Source: an archaeon (lineage in GTDB: Archaea; Nanobdellota; Nanobdellia; Pacearchaeales; GW2011-AR1). From it: DNA of 64,000 nucleotides. The translations under genes were made by a program, and so were the position numbers. How positions within the stretch are numbered: position 1 is the first letter of the stretch; every line of letters starts with the position of its first letter. A model generated the notes under the pieces. The model had not been told where the DNA came from and searched no databases. It saw only the letters and a list, made by a program, of their open reading frames with translations. The stretch lies in assembly GCA_018694115.1 (NCBI GenBank), contig JABHNB010000005.1, forward strand, positions 69,660-133,659, in the 5' to 3' direction. Below, in pieces: positions 48,454-57,022 of this stretch.

Positions 48454-48493
48454 ACAAAGGTCGGGGTTTATTGAAACAGCGGAACTGTTACTC

Positions 48494-48509
48494 TAAACTA
48501 CGAACCCAC
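48494..48509 (-). repeat. 16-bp duplicate of the tRNA-Arg 5' end
   Basis: TAAACTACGAACCCAC identical to 48440-48455. Confidence 0.9.
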
Positions 48510-48621
48510 GATAGTTAATCATTAGACCCCAAGTCAATTTATAAGATTAACTAATTCCCAAAAGATTCATCATTACTTAGTGCACCTAAATATTTATAAA
48601 CGAAATTTTCATCGTCATGTT

Positions 48622-48951
48622 ATGGAAGAAACAGAAGTGACTACTACAGAAGAGACCGCAGCTCCAGAAGCTGAGGAAACTCCAGTAGAAGAGACTGCTG
48701 AATCTGCTGAAGCACCAGCTGAAGAAGCTGCAGAAGAAACAGAGGCTGAAGAAGCAACTGAAGAAGCTGCAGAAGAAACAGAGGCTGAAGAAGCAGAGGA
48801 ACCTGCAGAAGAGGAAGCAACTGAAGAAGCTGAAGAAGCAACTGAAGAAGCAACTGAAGAACCTGCAGAAGAAGCAGAAGCTGAATCTGAAGAAGCAGAG
48901 GCTCCGGCTGAAGAAGCAGAGTCTGAGGCTTCCGAAGAAGCGGCTGAGTAA
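48622..48951 (+). CDS. Glu/Ala-rich low-complexity acidic protein
   Basis: EEA(A/T)EE repeats; TATA about 25 nt upstream, T-rich terminator downstream. Confidence 0.75.
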   Translation: MEETEVTTTEETAAPEAEETPVEETAESAEAPAEEAAEETEAEEATEEAAEETEAEEAEEPAEEEATEEAEEATEEATEEPAEEAEAESEEAEAPAEEAESEASEEAAE

Positions 48952-49084
48952 ATCTTTTACTAACTTTTTTATTTTTTTTAGGCCGCCGAAGCGAGAAATC
49001 GCAAGGCGTTTCCATTTTTATGTTCTAGAAAGGACTATGTCCGACCATATAAATGGTTATAAACCATAATTCCTCCGAAAATTC

Positions 49085-49312
49085 ATGGCAGGAAGGGGAA
49101 TTAAAAAATCAAATTGGAATTATACTACTGGGAAGAAGAACCCAAAAAAGGGAAGAAGAAAAAGAAATCTCTTGAAGAGATTAAGACCTAATGCCTCACA
49201 AAGGCCAGATTCTCAACCCACTTATTGTACTAGATATGACGGGTTTTTCAGAAGTTGTGACCGTGCACAAATTGGAGAGAGATACGCTCTAACTCAAAAT
49301 CTAGAGAGATAA
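49085..49312 (+). CDS. Small basic hypothetical protein
   Basis: ORF with TATA upstream. Confidence 0.5.
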   Translation: MAGRGIKKSNWNYTTGKKNPKKGRRKRNLLKRLRPNASQRPDSQPTYCTRYDGFFRSCDRAQIGERYALTQNLER

Positions 49313-49374
49313 GTCGAAAGCTTTCGAACTTCAATAATAAACTTTTTATACCGAATTCCCAATTAAATACTAAT

Positions 49375-49446
49375 GACGGTTGTAGTTCAATGGTAGAACG
49401 TTCGGTTGTGGTCCGAGAGACGCGAGTTCGATTCTCGCCTTCCGTC
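49375..49446 (+). tRNA. tRNA-His(GTG) with encoded G-1
   Basis: TTCGG-TTGTGGT-CCGAG anticodon arm; GCGAG-TTCGATT-CTCGC; G-1:C73. Confidence 0.93.
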
Positions 49447-49457
49447 CTTTAATTAAA

Positions 49458-49727
49458 ATGGTGAAGTCAATGAAAATCCTTGGAAAACAAGTACTAATCT
49501 TGTTTGTATTCTCTGTCTTAGTTTCAATAGCAATGATCATACACGGCATATTCTTTGATCTAGAATTTGAACAGATAAGAAGATTAACCTTTGAAGGAAT
49601 AATCTTCACCCTTGTAATCATCTTCCCTGCAATAATCTTTCTCGAATGGGTTTTTGACATAAACAATAAAAAGAAATTTGACGAAGTAGATAGGAGATTA
49701 ATCAAACTGGAGAAAAAAAGAAAATGA
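49458..49727 (+). CDS. Small membrane protein
   Basis: Two TM; ATGA-coupled to hisS. Confidence 0.65.
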   Translation: MVKSMKILGKQVLILFVFSVLVSIAMIIHGIFFDLEFEQIRRLTFEGIIFTLVIIFPAIIFLEWVFDINNKKKFDEVDRRLIKLEKKRK

Positions 49728-50872
49728 AAACGCAAACAGTAAAGGGCTTTCAAGATTTCATTGGAGATGAAGCCTTAAAGAGGGAAAAAATTAGAAAGAT
49801 TATTTTAGAACAATTTGAGCTTTATGGCTTTGAGCCAGCGGAGACTCCTATAATCGAATTTGAAGAATTTATCAAGGGAGATAATCCCCATGATGACGCA
49901 GTTCGAGACGTATTCAAATTGTCAGATCGGGGAAAGAGGAAATTAGCCTTAAGATATGAATTTACATTCCAATTGAAGAGATTGGCAAAAAATCAAAAGT
50001 TGCCATATAAAAGATATCAGATTGGTTACAATTTTAGGGATGAGCCCATAAGGGAAGGAAGGGCGAGGCAGTTTATTCAGTGTGACGCAGATATTATCGG
50101 AAGCTCAATGAAAGATGAAGCTGAATGCTTAAATCTTGGAAAGAATATCTTTGAAAAGATGGGAATGCCAGTTAAGATTTATATTAATCATAGAAAATTA
50201 ATCAACGAAATTTTAGTTGATGAGGGAATAGAAGAAAAAAATAGGGAACAGGTTATTAGGGAGTTGGATAAGCTAGATAAGTTATCCAAGAAAAAAGTTG
50301 CGGATAATTTGAAGGGTCTCGGGGCGGAAAAAGTTTTAAAGATTTTTACTGGGAAAGAGAAGGATTTTGAAAAGTACAAGTTCTATGGAGAAATTAAGGA
50401 ACTGAAGAAATTTTGTAAAATGTATGGAGTGAGTGTGGAGTTTCGACCATTTTTAGCGAGGGGACTTTCTTACTATAATGGATCCGTTTTTGAAATTTGG
50501 TCAGAGGAGTTAAATGTATCTCTTTGTGGGGGCGGTAGTTATTTGGTTTCTGGGATTCAATCTACTGGAATTTCATTTGGGATAGAACCGATTTTCAGAT
50601 TATCTAATGTTCAGGGCGAGGGCGCGAATTATCAGGTGATTTCTGTTGGAAAGGACACTGAAGCGATTAAACTAGCAGAGAACCTTCGTAAGAGGGGTAT
50701 AAAGGTTAATTTAATCCTTGACAAGGCAATAGGCAAGGCACTTGACTATGCAAACTCAAAAGGTGTAGAAAAGGTAATTTTTGTAGGGGACGAGGAAGTC
50801 AAATCAGGAAAGTTTAAGGTTAAAGATATGAAATCTGGAGAAGAAAAACTCCTAAAAGAAAATAAACTTTGA
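49724..50872 (+). CDS. hisS: Histidyl-tRNA synthetase
   Basis: VKGFQD, LRYEFT, FRDE..R.GR.RQF.QCDAD, RGLSYYNG, GISFGIE, C-terminal anticodon-binding domain. Confidence 0.95.
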   Translation: MKTQTVKGFQDFIGDEALKREKIRKIILEQFELYGFEPAETPIIEFEEFIKGDNPHDDAVRDVFKLSDRGKRKLALRYEFTFQLKRLAKNQKLPYKRYQIGYNFRDEPIREGRARQFIQCDADIIGSSMKDEAECLNLGKNIFEKMGMPVKIYINHRKLINEILVDEGIEEKNREQVIRELDKLDKLSKKKVADNLKGLGAEKVLKIFTGKEKDFEKYKFYGEIKELKKFCKMYGVSVEFRPFLARGLSYYNGSVFEIWSEELNVSLCGGGSYLVSGIQSTGISFGIEPIFRLSNVQGEGANYQVISVGKDTEAIKLAENLRKRGIKVNLILDKAIGKALDYANSKGVEKVIFVGDEEVKSGKFKVKDMKSGEEKLLKENKL

Positions 50873-50873
50873 T

Positions 50874-51356
50874 TTACTTTTTCCCGCCCTTACCTTCTTC
50901 TGCTTCTCTATTCTTCTTTCGTTCTCGAGCAGCAGCTCGTCTTGCTTGTTTTTTCTCAAAGTTGTCCTCTGCCGCTGCAAGAGCTGCAAGAGCGTCCTCA
51001 GGATCATCATTCCTCACACTATCTACAAATGGACTATCTCCAGAGAATGGAGGTTCCCTTCGAATAACATTAAGAACCAAATAATATGGATCTCGGCTGT
51101 TTATCGAATGGACTAAAAGGAGAGTACCATCACTTTGATCATAGGGCCTTGCAGAAATAAGATCCTTAAAAGTTAAACGAAATTCTCCCTCATCAGAGCG
51201 TTGTTCGATAAGCTCTCTTCTTTCTTTGGGGGAAACATAATTAGCACCTTCAAGAGAAATCACGCTACCGTCCTCTTTTTGAAGTTCACCAGATCTATTT
51301 TTATTAACTATAACTTTGCCTTCCTTTACGTAATAAATTGTGGGTTCATTTCCCAT
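50874..51356 (-). CDS. Hypothetical protein
   Basis: ORF only. Confidence 0.6.
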   Translation of the reverse strand: MGNEPTIYYVKEGKVIVNKNRSGELQKEDGSVISLEGANYVSPKERRELIEQRSDEGEFRLTFKDLISARPYDQSDGTLLLVHSINSRDPYYLVLNVIRREPPFSGDSPFVDSVRNDDPEDALAALAAAEDNFEKKQARRAAARERKKNREAEEGKGGKK

Positions 51357-51407
51357 ACTAGAACATCATTAGTCTCCTTTTAAGAATTATTGTGATAAAT
51401 AATATAC

Positions 51408-51848
51408 CTAATCTCCTTCATTAATGATCTCAACGATACTCAGTTCTTTTCCGCTCCTTTCTTTTCCCCGTTTCATAAATTTATAGATCAAAACTCCGCC
51501 AGCATCTTCATAACGTATATTTTCCCTCTTTGATCTGGCCATTTCCTTAGCTAGAAGTTCATCAAATTGCCTTGATTTTTCGTCAGATTTTTCCCCCTCA
51601 ACTGAAGCCAGATGGCTCTTCCATGCCCAGGAAGTAATATATGCCATCCCAGTCAATTCCACATCATGACCCTTTCCCACAGGACTCGCATAATAGCTCC
51701 CGTCCTCCTTTTCTAGAAACTCTAATTTCCCCCCAGTCTTATATCTCCTTACAACCGCAGGTTCATAGATTATATTCATGATCTCCGCTTCACTTAAACT
51801 TTCTCCATTTTCATCGTTTTCATCCATGATCCAGAAACTTGCTTTCAC
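51408..51848 (-). CDS. Hypothetical protein
   Basis: ORF only. Confidence 0.6.
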   Translation of the reverse strand: MKASFWIMDENDENGESLSEAEIMNIIYEPAVVRRYKTGGKLEFLEKEDGSYYASPVGKGHDVELTGMAYITSWAWKSHLASVEGEKSDEKSRQFDELLAKEMARSKRENIRYEDAGGVLIYKFMKRGKERSGKELSIVEIINEGD

Positions 51849-51858
51849 CTTATAAGAT

Positions 51859-52683
51859 TTATTGTTCTACACTATCTACATCATCCGAACCATCATTCAA
51901 CAAGTCTAATTCTCCTTCGATTTCCTGAAGCTCTTCAGGGTGTAAATTCAAGGTCATATGAATCTCATCAAAATGAACTGGCTGCCGAAGGAAAAGTTTT
52001 CCGTTATTTGACAGGTGTAAAACTGGAACAAATGATGCTAACTTCTCCTCTCTCGAAGGGGCAAGATGAGAATATTTCATATGGTCATTATCTGGATGAT
52101 CCACATGTACCTTAACTCTCGCAAAAATATTTTTAACCCGGGTTCTCAGTGGAACATGTGTTCCTTTAGGTAAAACAACTAAGATAGATTTCTCCGCTTG
52201 TCTGCCCTTGATCTCTCTCTTGATTCTTCGATTTTCGGTATCAATTGCCTTATTCAAAGCGCCCATCAATTCCTTAAGGGTCACTTTCCGGTGTCTTGCC
52301 ATTGGAGTTCGAGGAACAAGGATGGGTAGTTCATTCTCATCAATTTCTAATCTTTCAATTTCATATTTTCTTTCCTCTTTTCGACCATAAAGTGCATCAT
52401 CGAGACTCTGGATATAACTATTAACTAATATGTCCGACTTTAGTCTCAACAATAAGGAACAAGCAAGTAAGACTTTAGATGAGATAAAAAAATCTGCTTC
52501 CTCAAGTTGGCTAATCGCTTCGACATATTTATCTGCTAAAATTCCAATGTCAATATCCCAGGGATCCAATTGTTCAGTCTTAATTAAATCATAAATTAAA
52601 GCTTGCCATGAAAGCTCTTCACTGGTAATTAAATCAAAAAATTGAGATTGGTTTATTCTATCTACGTCCTCTTTTTCCCTCAT
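51859..52683 (-). CDS. scpA: Segregation and condensation protein A (kleisin)
   Basis: LDPWDIDI..LADKY, LLRLKSD, RKVTL.EL..AL, C-terminal winged helix F..VLHL...L.Q...F.EI. Confidence 0.88.
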   Translation of the reverse strand: MREKEDVDRINQSQFFDLITSEELSWQALIYDLIKTEQLDPWDIDIGILADKYVEAISQLEEADFFISSKVLLACSLLLRLKSDILVNSYIQSLDDALYGRKEERKYEIERLEIDENELPILVPRTPMARHRKVTLKELMGALNKAIDTENRRIKREIKGRQAEKSILVVLPKGTHVPLRTRVKNIFARVKVHVDHPDNDHMKYSHLAPSREEKLASFVPVLHLSNNGKLFLRQPVHFDEIHMTLNLHPEELQEIEGELDLLNDGSDDVDSVEQ

Positions 52684-52808
52684 GAAACATTTATATATGG
52701 CACTATTAATAAACATTTAGATGCCAAGTAGATAAAAAGAGATCCAGTTGGTGTCACTCGGCAATTACAACAGAACCGAAAGGTTTAAATAGTATTCCGC
52801 ATTAATTA

Positions 52809-53140
52809 TAATATCACCTCTTTTTCCCCAGGAGAGGGCAATAGGGCATCTTTTTGAACGCTTTATTGCCACTCCTAGGGTTTATATTATGTTTAATATT
52901 CGAGGCTGTATACCTCATATAAGACCTAAGCTGGATTACTTGTAATCTAAGGCATTGAAAACAAAACTGTGATATTAAACATGAATCCCCTTTTCTCCCC
53001 AGGGTTTCAAATTTCTTCAAAAAGAAAAGAGTTTATAATCCCAACAAAAAATCCATAATTCGTATAAGACCTACGATAACCAAATGAGGTTAAGGCAACG
53101 AACGGATTTATATTTTTTAAAAAATTTAATTTTTTTTTTT
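52809..53140 (+). ncRNA. Putative structured ncRNA made of two related units
   Basis: Own BRE/TATA at 52778-52791, multiple stems, repeated TATAAGACCTA-hairpin-TAAGGCA module, poly-T end. Confidence 0.5.
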
Positions 53141-53238
53141 GAAAAGAATCCCCACATTAATGTTGGGGGATGATTGCCCTGGGTATGTAAACACTTTAGA
53201 ATGGTAACGTTTATAAATAATAATAATGCCAGTTATTC

Positions 53239-53834
53239 ATGGGCAAGGTATTTTCAACGAGACAGCAGAAGTCATCTACATTAAGTATGTCAGGACTTCG
53301 GAAGAATAAGCCTCAGTATATAATTATACATTCTACAAGGAAACATCCGGAATTTGAAGATGTTCTTAATTGCCATAAGGAAAAGGAATGGGCTGGAATG
53401 GGCTATCACCTATTTTTATCTGATTCTGGAATATTGACTCAGGGAAGGCCATTTGAGTTAGAAGGGGCCCATGCCGTGGGTTTTAATACTAATTCTATCG
53501 GATTATGTATTTATTCTTCTAATGGTTCACTTAGTCCAAAAAAATAAGGTTAGGAAAAGAGGTAATCAGAGATTTACAAAAACAATTTGGGAATTTAGAA
53601 TTAATGCCCCACACACTTGCCCAGGTTATGTATAATAACCGATTATTAGAAGAAAGGGGATTAGACCCCCTGCCCGGAGATATTGGGGTTGCTCATGATG
53701 AGGAATTTTCAAGATTAAAGGAAGCGGCAGATAGTCTTGCTGGAAGATTAAATACTCAAGGTCACGAGGGACTAAAACTTTCGCTTAAAGCTCTTAAGAA
53801 TTGTCCTGGCGAGATATTTTATAGCCTTATTTAG
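53239..53834 (+). CDS. N-acetylmuramoyl-L-alanine amidase (Amidase_2/T7 lysozyme/PGRP type), frameshifted at A7 (53538-53544)
   Basis: IIIHST, W.GMGYH, GRP...GAHAVGFNTNSIGLC in frame 0; PH and KNCPG in the -1 frame. Confidence 0.85.
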
Positions 53835-53837
53835 AAG

Positions 53838-55034
53838 ATGGAAGAGAGATATATTGGGGTAGAAAATGAACTAATTTCCTTTAAGGATGGCACTGAAGTA
53901 GAATTCGGTGATTATTTTAAACAGTTAAAAGATTCAGTTGGAAAAACCCACGATATCTCTGGAACTTCAATTAGAACTGATACGGGGCATGGTTTTTATG
54001 TGGATGGCGATGAAATTGAAATATTAACTCCTCCTATTGCCCTTAACAGGGGATTTTCTAGTAGACTTACCGATTCTTTGATGGCTGGCAGGGATATTGT
54101 CCTTGAAGCAACCCCCGAATTAGAACATACCGGTTATTCTATGCACTGGAATTTATCCGATAATGACAATATTATGGGCAATAGGCTATACGAAGCTATT
54201 GCCATACCTTTTCAAATGTTTGGTCTAACGCCACTTTCCACGGGATTTAATTTGCGTCACAAGGATTATAGATTTGAAATATTGGGAGACTCCCTAACTC
54301 GGGAGAATCAGATTAATGCAACGGCCCTATTGCTTGGCGCGAGTCTTTGTGCTATGGAAGAAAGGAAGTATACTCCTCTGAGATTGGCAGATCGTAGTTT
54401 TTCCTCGGATGATGCGCAGGAGATATTTATTTCTGATGGGAGATATAGTTTTGTTGATGTGGATGTGCCAACTGCAGGCTTCCAAGGTAAAATGCAAGTG
54501 CAACAATATTTAGAATTATTTCACCGTTGGATAAGTCCCTTCGTTAGACGACTTGGAACAAGAAGGGAGGCCTGGAATCTGGAATCTTTTATATTTGGAA
54601 AAGAAAACTTGGAATTTGACGATTTAAAATATTTTGAATTAATAGAAGGGGGAGGGGGGGCAGTTGATGGCATTTATAAGCCGATTAGTTTAGCTAATTC
54701 TGAGAAGTCTAGACAGGTGTTGGTAAAAGGTGAGACTAAACGAGAACTTCCCTTAGAGTGCAGATTGCTTGGAGCAGTTGTTGGAGAATTAACCGACATA
54801 GAGGAGTTTGGATGGGATCATTTGTATTATTCTAGGGATTATGGGAAGACAAATGTGAGTGGAATTGGAGACATTTATCGGCATATGTCTTCCACCATTA
54901 AGGGCCTTCCAAGATTTAAACCCTCCCAAGATTTTCCTGAGGAAAAGCTAAAAGAAATTAGTGAAGTTGCCTTAAATGATGAAATAAAATATGAACCTGA
55001 TAAGGATTTATCGGCAGAATCAGTTCAAGGATGA
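53838..55034 (+). CDS. GS/GCS-fold carboxylate-amine ligase, PafA/Dop (Pup ligase)-like
   Basis: RYIGVENE, GHGFYVDGDEIEILTP, GYSMHWN, YRFEILGDS collinear with PafA RIMGIETE, GARLYLD..HPEYAT, SYGCHEN, YRRLHVIVGDS (recalled consensus). Confidence 0.65.
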   Translation: MEERYIGVENELISFKDGTEVEFGDYFKQLKDSVGKTHDISGTSIRTDTGHGFYVDGDEIEILTPPIALNRGFSSRLTDSLMAGRDIVLEATPELEHTGYSMHWNLSDNDNIMGNRLYEAIAIPFQMFGLTPLSTGFNLRHKDYRFEILGDSLTRENQINATALLLGASLCAMEERKYTPLRLADRSFSSDDAQEIFISDGRYSFVDVDVPTAGFQGKMQVQQYLELFHRWISPFVRRLGTRREAWNLESFIFGKENLEFDDLKYFELIEGGGGAVDGIYKPISLANSEKSRQVLVKGETKRELPLECRLLGAVVGELTDIEEFGWDHLYYSRDYGKTNVSGIGDIYRHMSSTIKGLPRFKPSQDFPEEKLKEISEVALNDEIKYEPDKDLSAESVQG

Positions 55035-55075
55035 TGCAGTGAAACATCCTAAAGGTACTGGAGAAGGTAATTAAA

Positions 55076-56050
55076 GTGATATCCTTAAGAAATAGAAAAC
55101 TGAAGAGAAGTTTAGAGGGCACAATTTCCAAGTTACATGGGGGGAGAGATTTTTCTGGAGAGATAAAGGTATCTGTTTATGATATTGAAAGCGGGGTTAA
55201 TGCTTCTGTTGGTGGAAATGATTCTGGTTGGGCAGCTTCTATAATTAAAGTTCCAATTATGATTTCTACCTTGCAAGAGATCGAAAAGGGAAGCCTGACG
55301 TCGAGGACAAAACTTGAAGTAAATCACGAATTTATGTTAGAACCCTGGAATTATGTTTCTAGACTTCCAGATAAATCTAAGATCGGGGTCAAGGAGTTGA
55401 TATACCGCATGATTGTTGCTTCAGATAATGAGGCAACAAATATCCTGGCTAACCATATTGGCATTGAGAGAATAAATAGGGATATGTGGGAGTTGGGGAT
55501 GGAAAATTCTATGTTGGGACACTTGCTCTGTCCAGGAGCCCAAAGATATACCTCTCCAATGAACCCAGACGGGAGTAATATTACTTGCCCTAATGATATG
55601 GTGAAGATTATGAGGCATATCTACGACGATTCATTTTCAAAATTGAATTCACGTGTTCGTGCTAATGCGGATAAATTTTTGGATATCTCTCCACCACATT
55701 TATTGGATACTGGGGAATTCAGGAATAGTTATATCAAAGCAAAAGCAGGATATATTAGTGATCCAAAAGATGGCGAAGATATACATGAGGTTGGAATTAT
55801 TGACGATCATCTGGTTGTCTGTGTTATGCTGAATAAAGTTAAGGATGCGTGGTTTTTCGATAGAGGATTATCGGATCGGGAAGGTGAGTCTCCCTGGGCT
55901 TTTCCAGTTTCTAAAGATGGCTATTTTCAACATGATGGTGATTATTTGATGGACCCTTCTTGTGTTCAGGGAACATTGAGTGGAATGAAACATCTCCCTG
56001 GGGGAGTTATCCATAGAAAAATTATGAATACTATCGCTAATAATATTTAA
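55076..56050 (+). CDS. Class A beta-lactamase/PBP-like serine hydrolase
   Basis: AASIIK (SxxK), SDNEATN (SDN), N.TCP.DM, KAG (KTG-like). Confidence 0.88.
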   Translation: MISLRNRKLKRSLEGTISKLHGGRDFSGEIKVSVYDIESGVNASVGGNDSGWAASIIKVPIMISTLQEIEKGSLTSRTKLEVNHEFMLEPWNYVSRLPDKSKIGVKELIYRMIVASDNEATNILANHIGIERINRDMWELGMENSMLGHLLCPGAQRYTSPMNPDGSNITCPNDMVKIMRHIYDDSFSKLNSRVRANADKFLDISPPHLLDTGEFRNSYIKAKAGYISDPKDGEDIHEVGIIDDHLVVCVMLNKVKDAWFFDRGLSDREGESPWAFPVSKDGYFQHDGDYLMDPSCVQGTLSGMKHLPGGVIHRKIMNTIANNI

Positions 56051-56062
56051 AAGTGAACCAGA

Positions 56063-56299
56063 TTATTCCTTATCTTCTAACTTAATCTCAACATTCTTTT
56101 TTTCGAACTCTGTAAAGTGGCATCGCCCACAATAAGCTCTTCCTTGTCCAAGCGATAAGAAAATACCTGGACCACATCTCGGACATGATCTAGCTTTAGA
56201 AACTATTTTACCATCTTCAATCTTATACTTAGTATATTTCTTAGAAGTAGGCTTGTTAACATGTTTCTTCTTACCCTTAATCTTAGACTTAATTACCAT
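56063..56299 (-). CDS. rps27ae: 30S ribosomal protein S27ae
   Basis: [10 protein letters not shown]...R.YCGRC. Confidence 0.95.
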   Translation of the reverse strand: MVIKSKIKGKKKHVNKPTSKKYTKYKIEDGKIVSKARSCPRCGPGIFLSLGQGRAYCGRCHFTEFEKKNVEIKLEDKE

Positions 56300-56829
56300 T
56301 ACTTAGCCTCCTCCGCAGGTGCCGCTTCCTTAACTTCGGGTTCAGCAGGAACTTCAGGTTTAGGCTCACCAGAGTCATCCTTTGAGGATTCAGTTGCAGG
56401 AGCTTCTTCCTTTATCTCCGCTTCAGCAGGAGCAGCTTCCTCAGTCTTTACTTCTTCAACAGGAGCTTCTTCCTTTGTTTCAGCTTCAGCAGCTTTCGCT
56501 TCTTCTGCAGCCTTCTTAGCGTCTTCCTCAGCTTTCTTTGCAGCATCCTCAGCAGTTTTCTTTTCAGCTTCTAATTTCTTCCTAACTTTCTGAGGAACTG
56601 TTTCAACCTTATCCTTAGCTTCTACAGAATCATAAACAAAAACATCTGCACTAAAACTATGTTTACCAAAATTTGCATTTATCCTATTTACAACAATTAA
56701 GTCTTCATCAGCACCAGCAGCCTTCTTAACTTCATCATAAGTCGGATTAGTATCTGATTTAAATTCAATTACAATTTCATTTCTAGACAAAAATGGATTC
56801 TTATTTTGAGAGATAATTTTAGATTCCAT
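56299..56829 (-). CDS. rps24e: 30S ribosomal protein S24e with a long acidic tail
   Basis: [10 protein letters not shown]...FG, VYDS; conserved gene order. Confidence 0.88.
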   Translation of the reverse strand: MESKIISQNKNPFLSRNEIVIEFKSDTNPTYDEVKKAAGADEDLIVVNRINANFGKHSFSADVFVYDSVEAKDKVETVPQKVRKKLEAEKKTAEDAAKKAEEDAKKAAEEAKAAEAETKEEAPVEEVKTEEAAPAEAEIKEEAPATESSKDDSGEPKPEVPAEPEVKEAAPAEEAK

Positions 56830-56830
56830 A

Positions 56831-57022
56831 TTATTTAGTCTTAATAGCAAACTCGCCTTCCTTGTTTATTTCCATGTTTTCTGCCATCTCAGATTTTTTT
56901 GAATCAAAAATATGGATTCGTCCCTTAAATGTTTCTGTTGATGGTGTCTCGCCACATGCAGGGCACTTATCTCCAAAATAAAGAGTTTTACAGTTCATAC
57001 ATGCCTTTTCCTTAGATGCCAT
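56831..57022 (-). CDS. spt4: Transcription elongation factor Spt4 (RpoE'')
   Basis: KAC..C...CP.CG...F.G...S..A...G.FAIK. Confidence 0.92.
   Translation of the reverse strand: MASKEKACMNCKTLYFGDKCPACGETPSTETFKGRIHIFDSKKSEMAENMEINKEGEFAIKTK

Noticed and set aside
48209-48457. 82-aa ORF with a PVLNQTH repeat
   Set aside because: Translation of tRNA-Arg and its duplicated end; the ORFs over tRNA-His (49370-49753) and tRNA-Trp (61241-61462) are rejected for the same reason
48644-49015. Leu/Gln-rich minus-strand ORF
   Set aside because: Antisense shadow of the Glu/Ala repeat gene
52814-53020. 68-aa minus-strand ORF
   Set aside because: TTG start, no motif, overlaps the structured repeat region; probably spurious
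52809-53140. SRP RNA, RNase P RNA, TPP or purine riboswitch as the identity of the structured region
   Set aside because: Lacks the SRP helix-8 motif, the RNase P GAGGAAAGUCC/P4 pairing, the TPP CUGAGA and the purine-riboswitch UUUCUAC core; the resemblances are only a few nucleotides
53838-55034. Complete pupylation (Pup/UBact-proteasome) system
   Set aside because: No adjacent small GGE/GGQ-terminated protein, ARC ATPase or proteasome genes in the window; only fold-level similarity is claimed
55040-55042. Genome-wide TGA recoding
   Set aside because: Many conserved genes (gatA, gatC, hisS) end at TGA at the expected position, Trp is TGG throughout, and tRNA-Trp has anticodon CCA
55076-56050. 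Bona fide beta-lactam resistance gene
   Set aside because: No clear E166-type omega-loop motif or signal peptide, and archaea lack the drug target; kept as beta-lactamase/PBP-like
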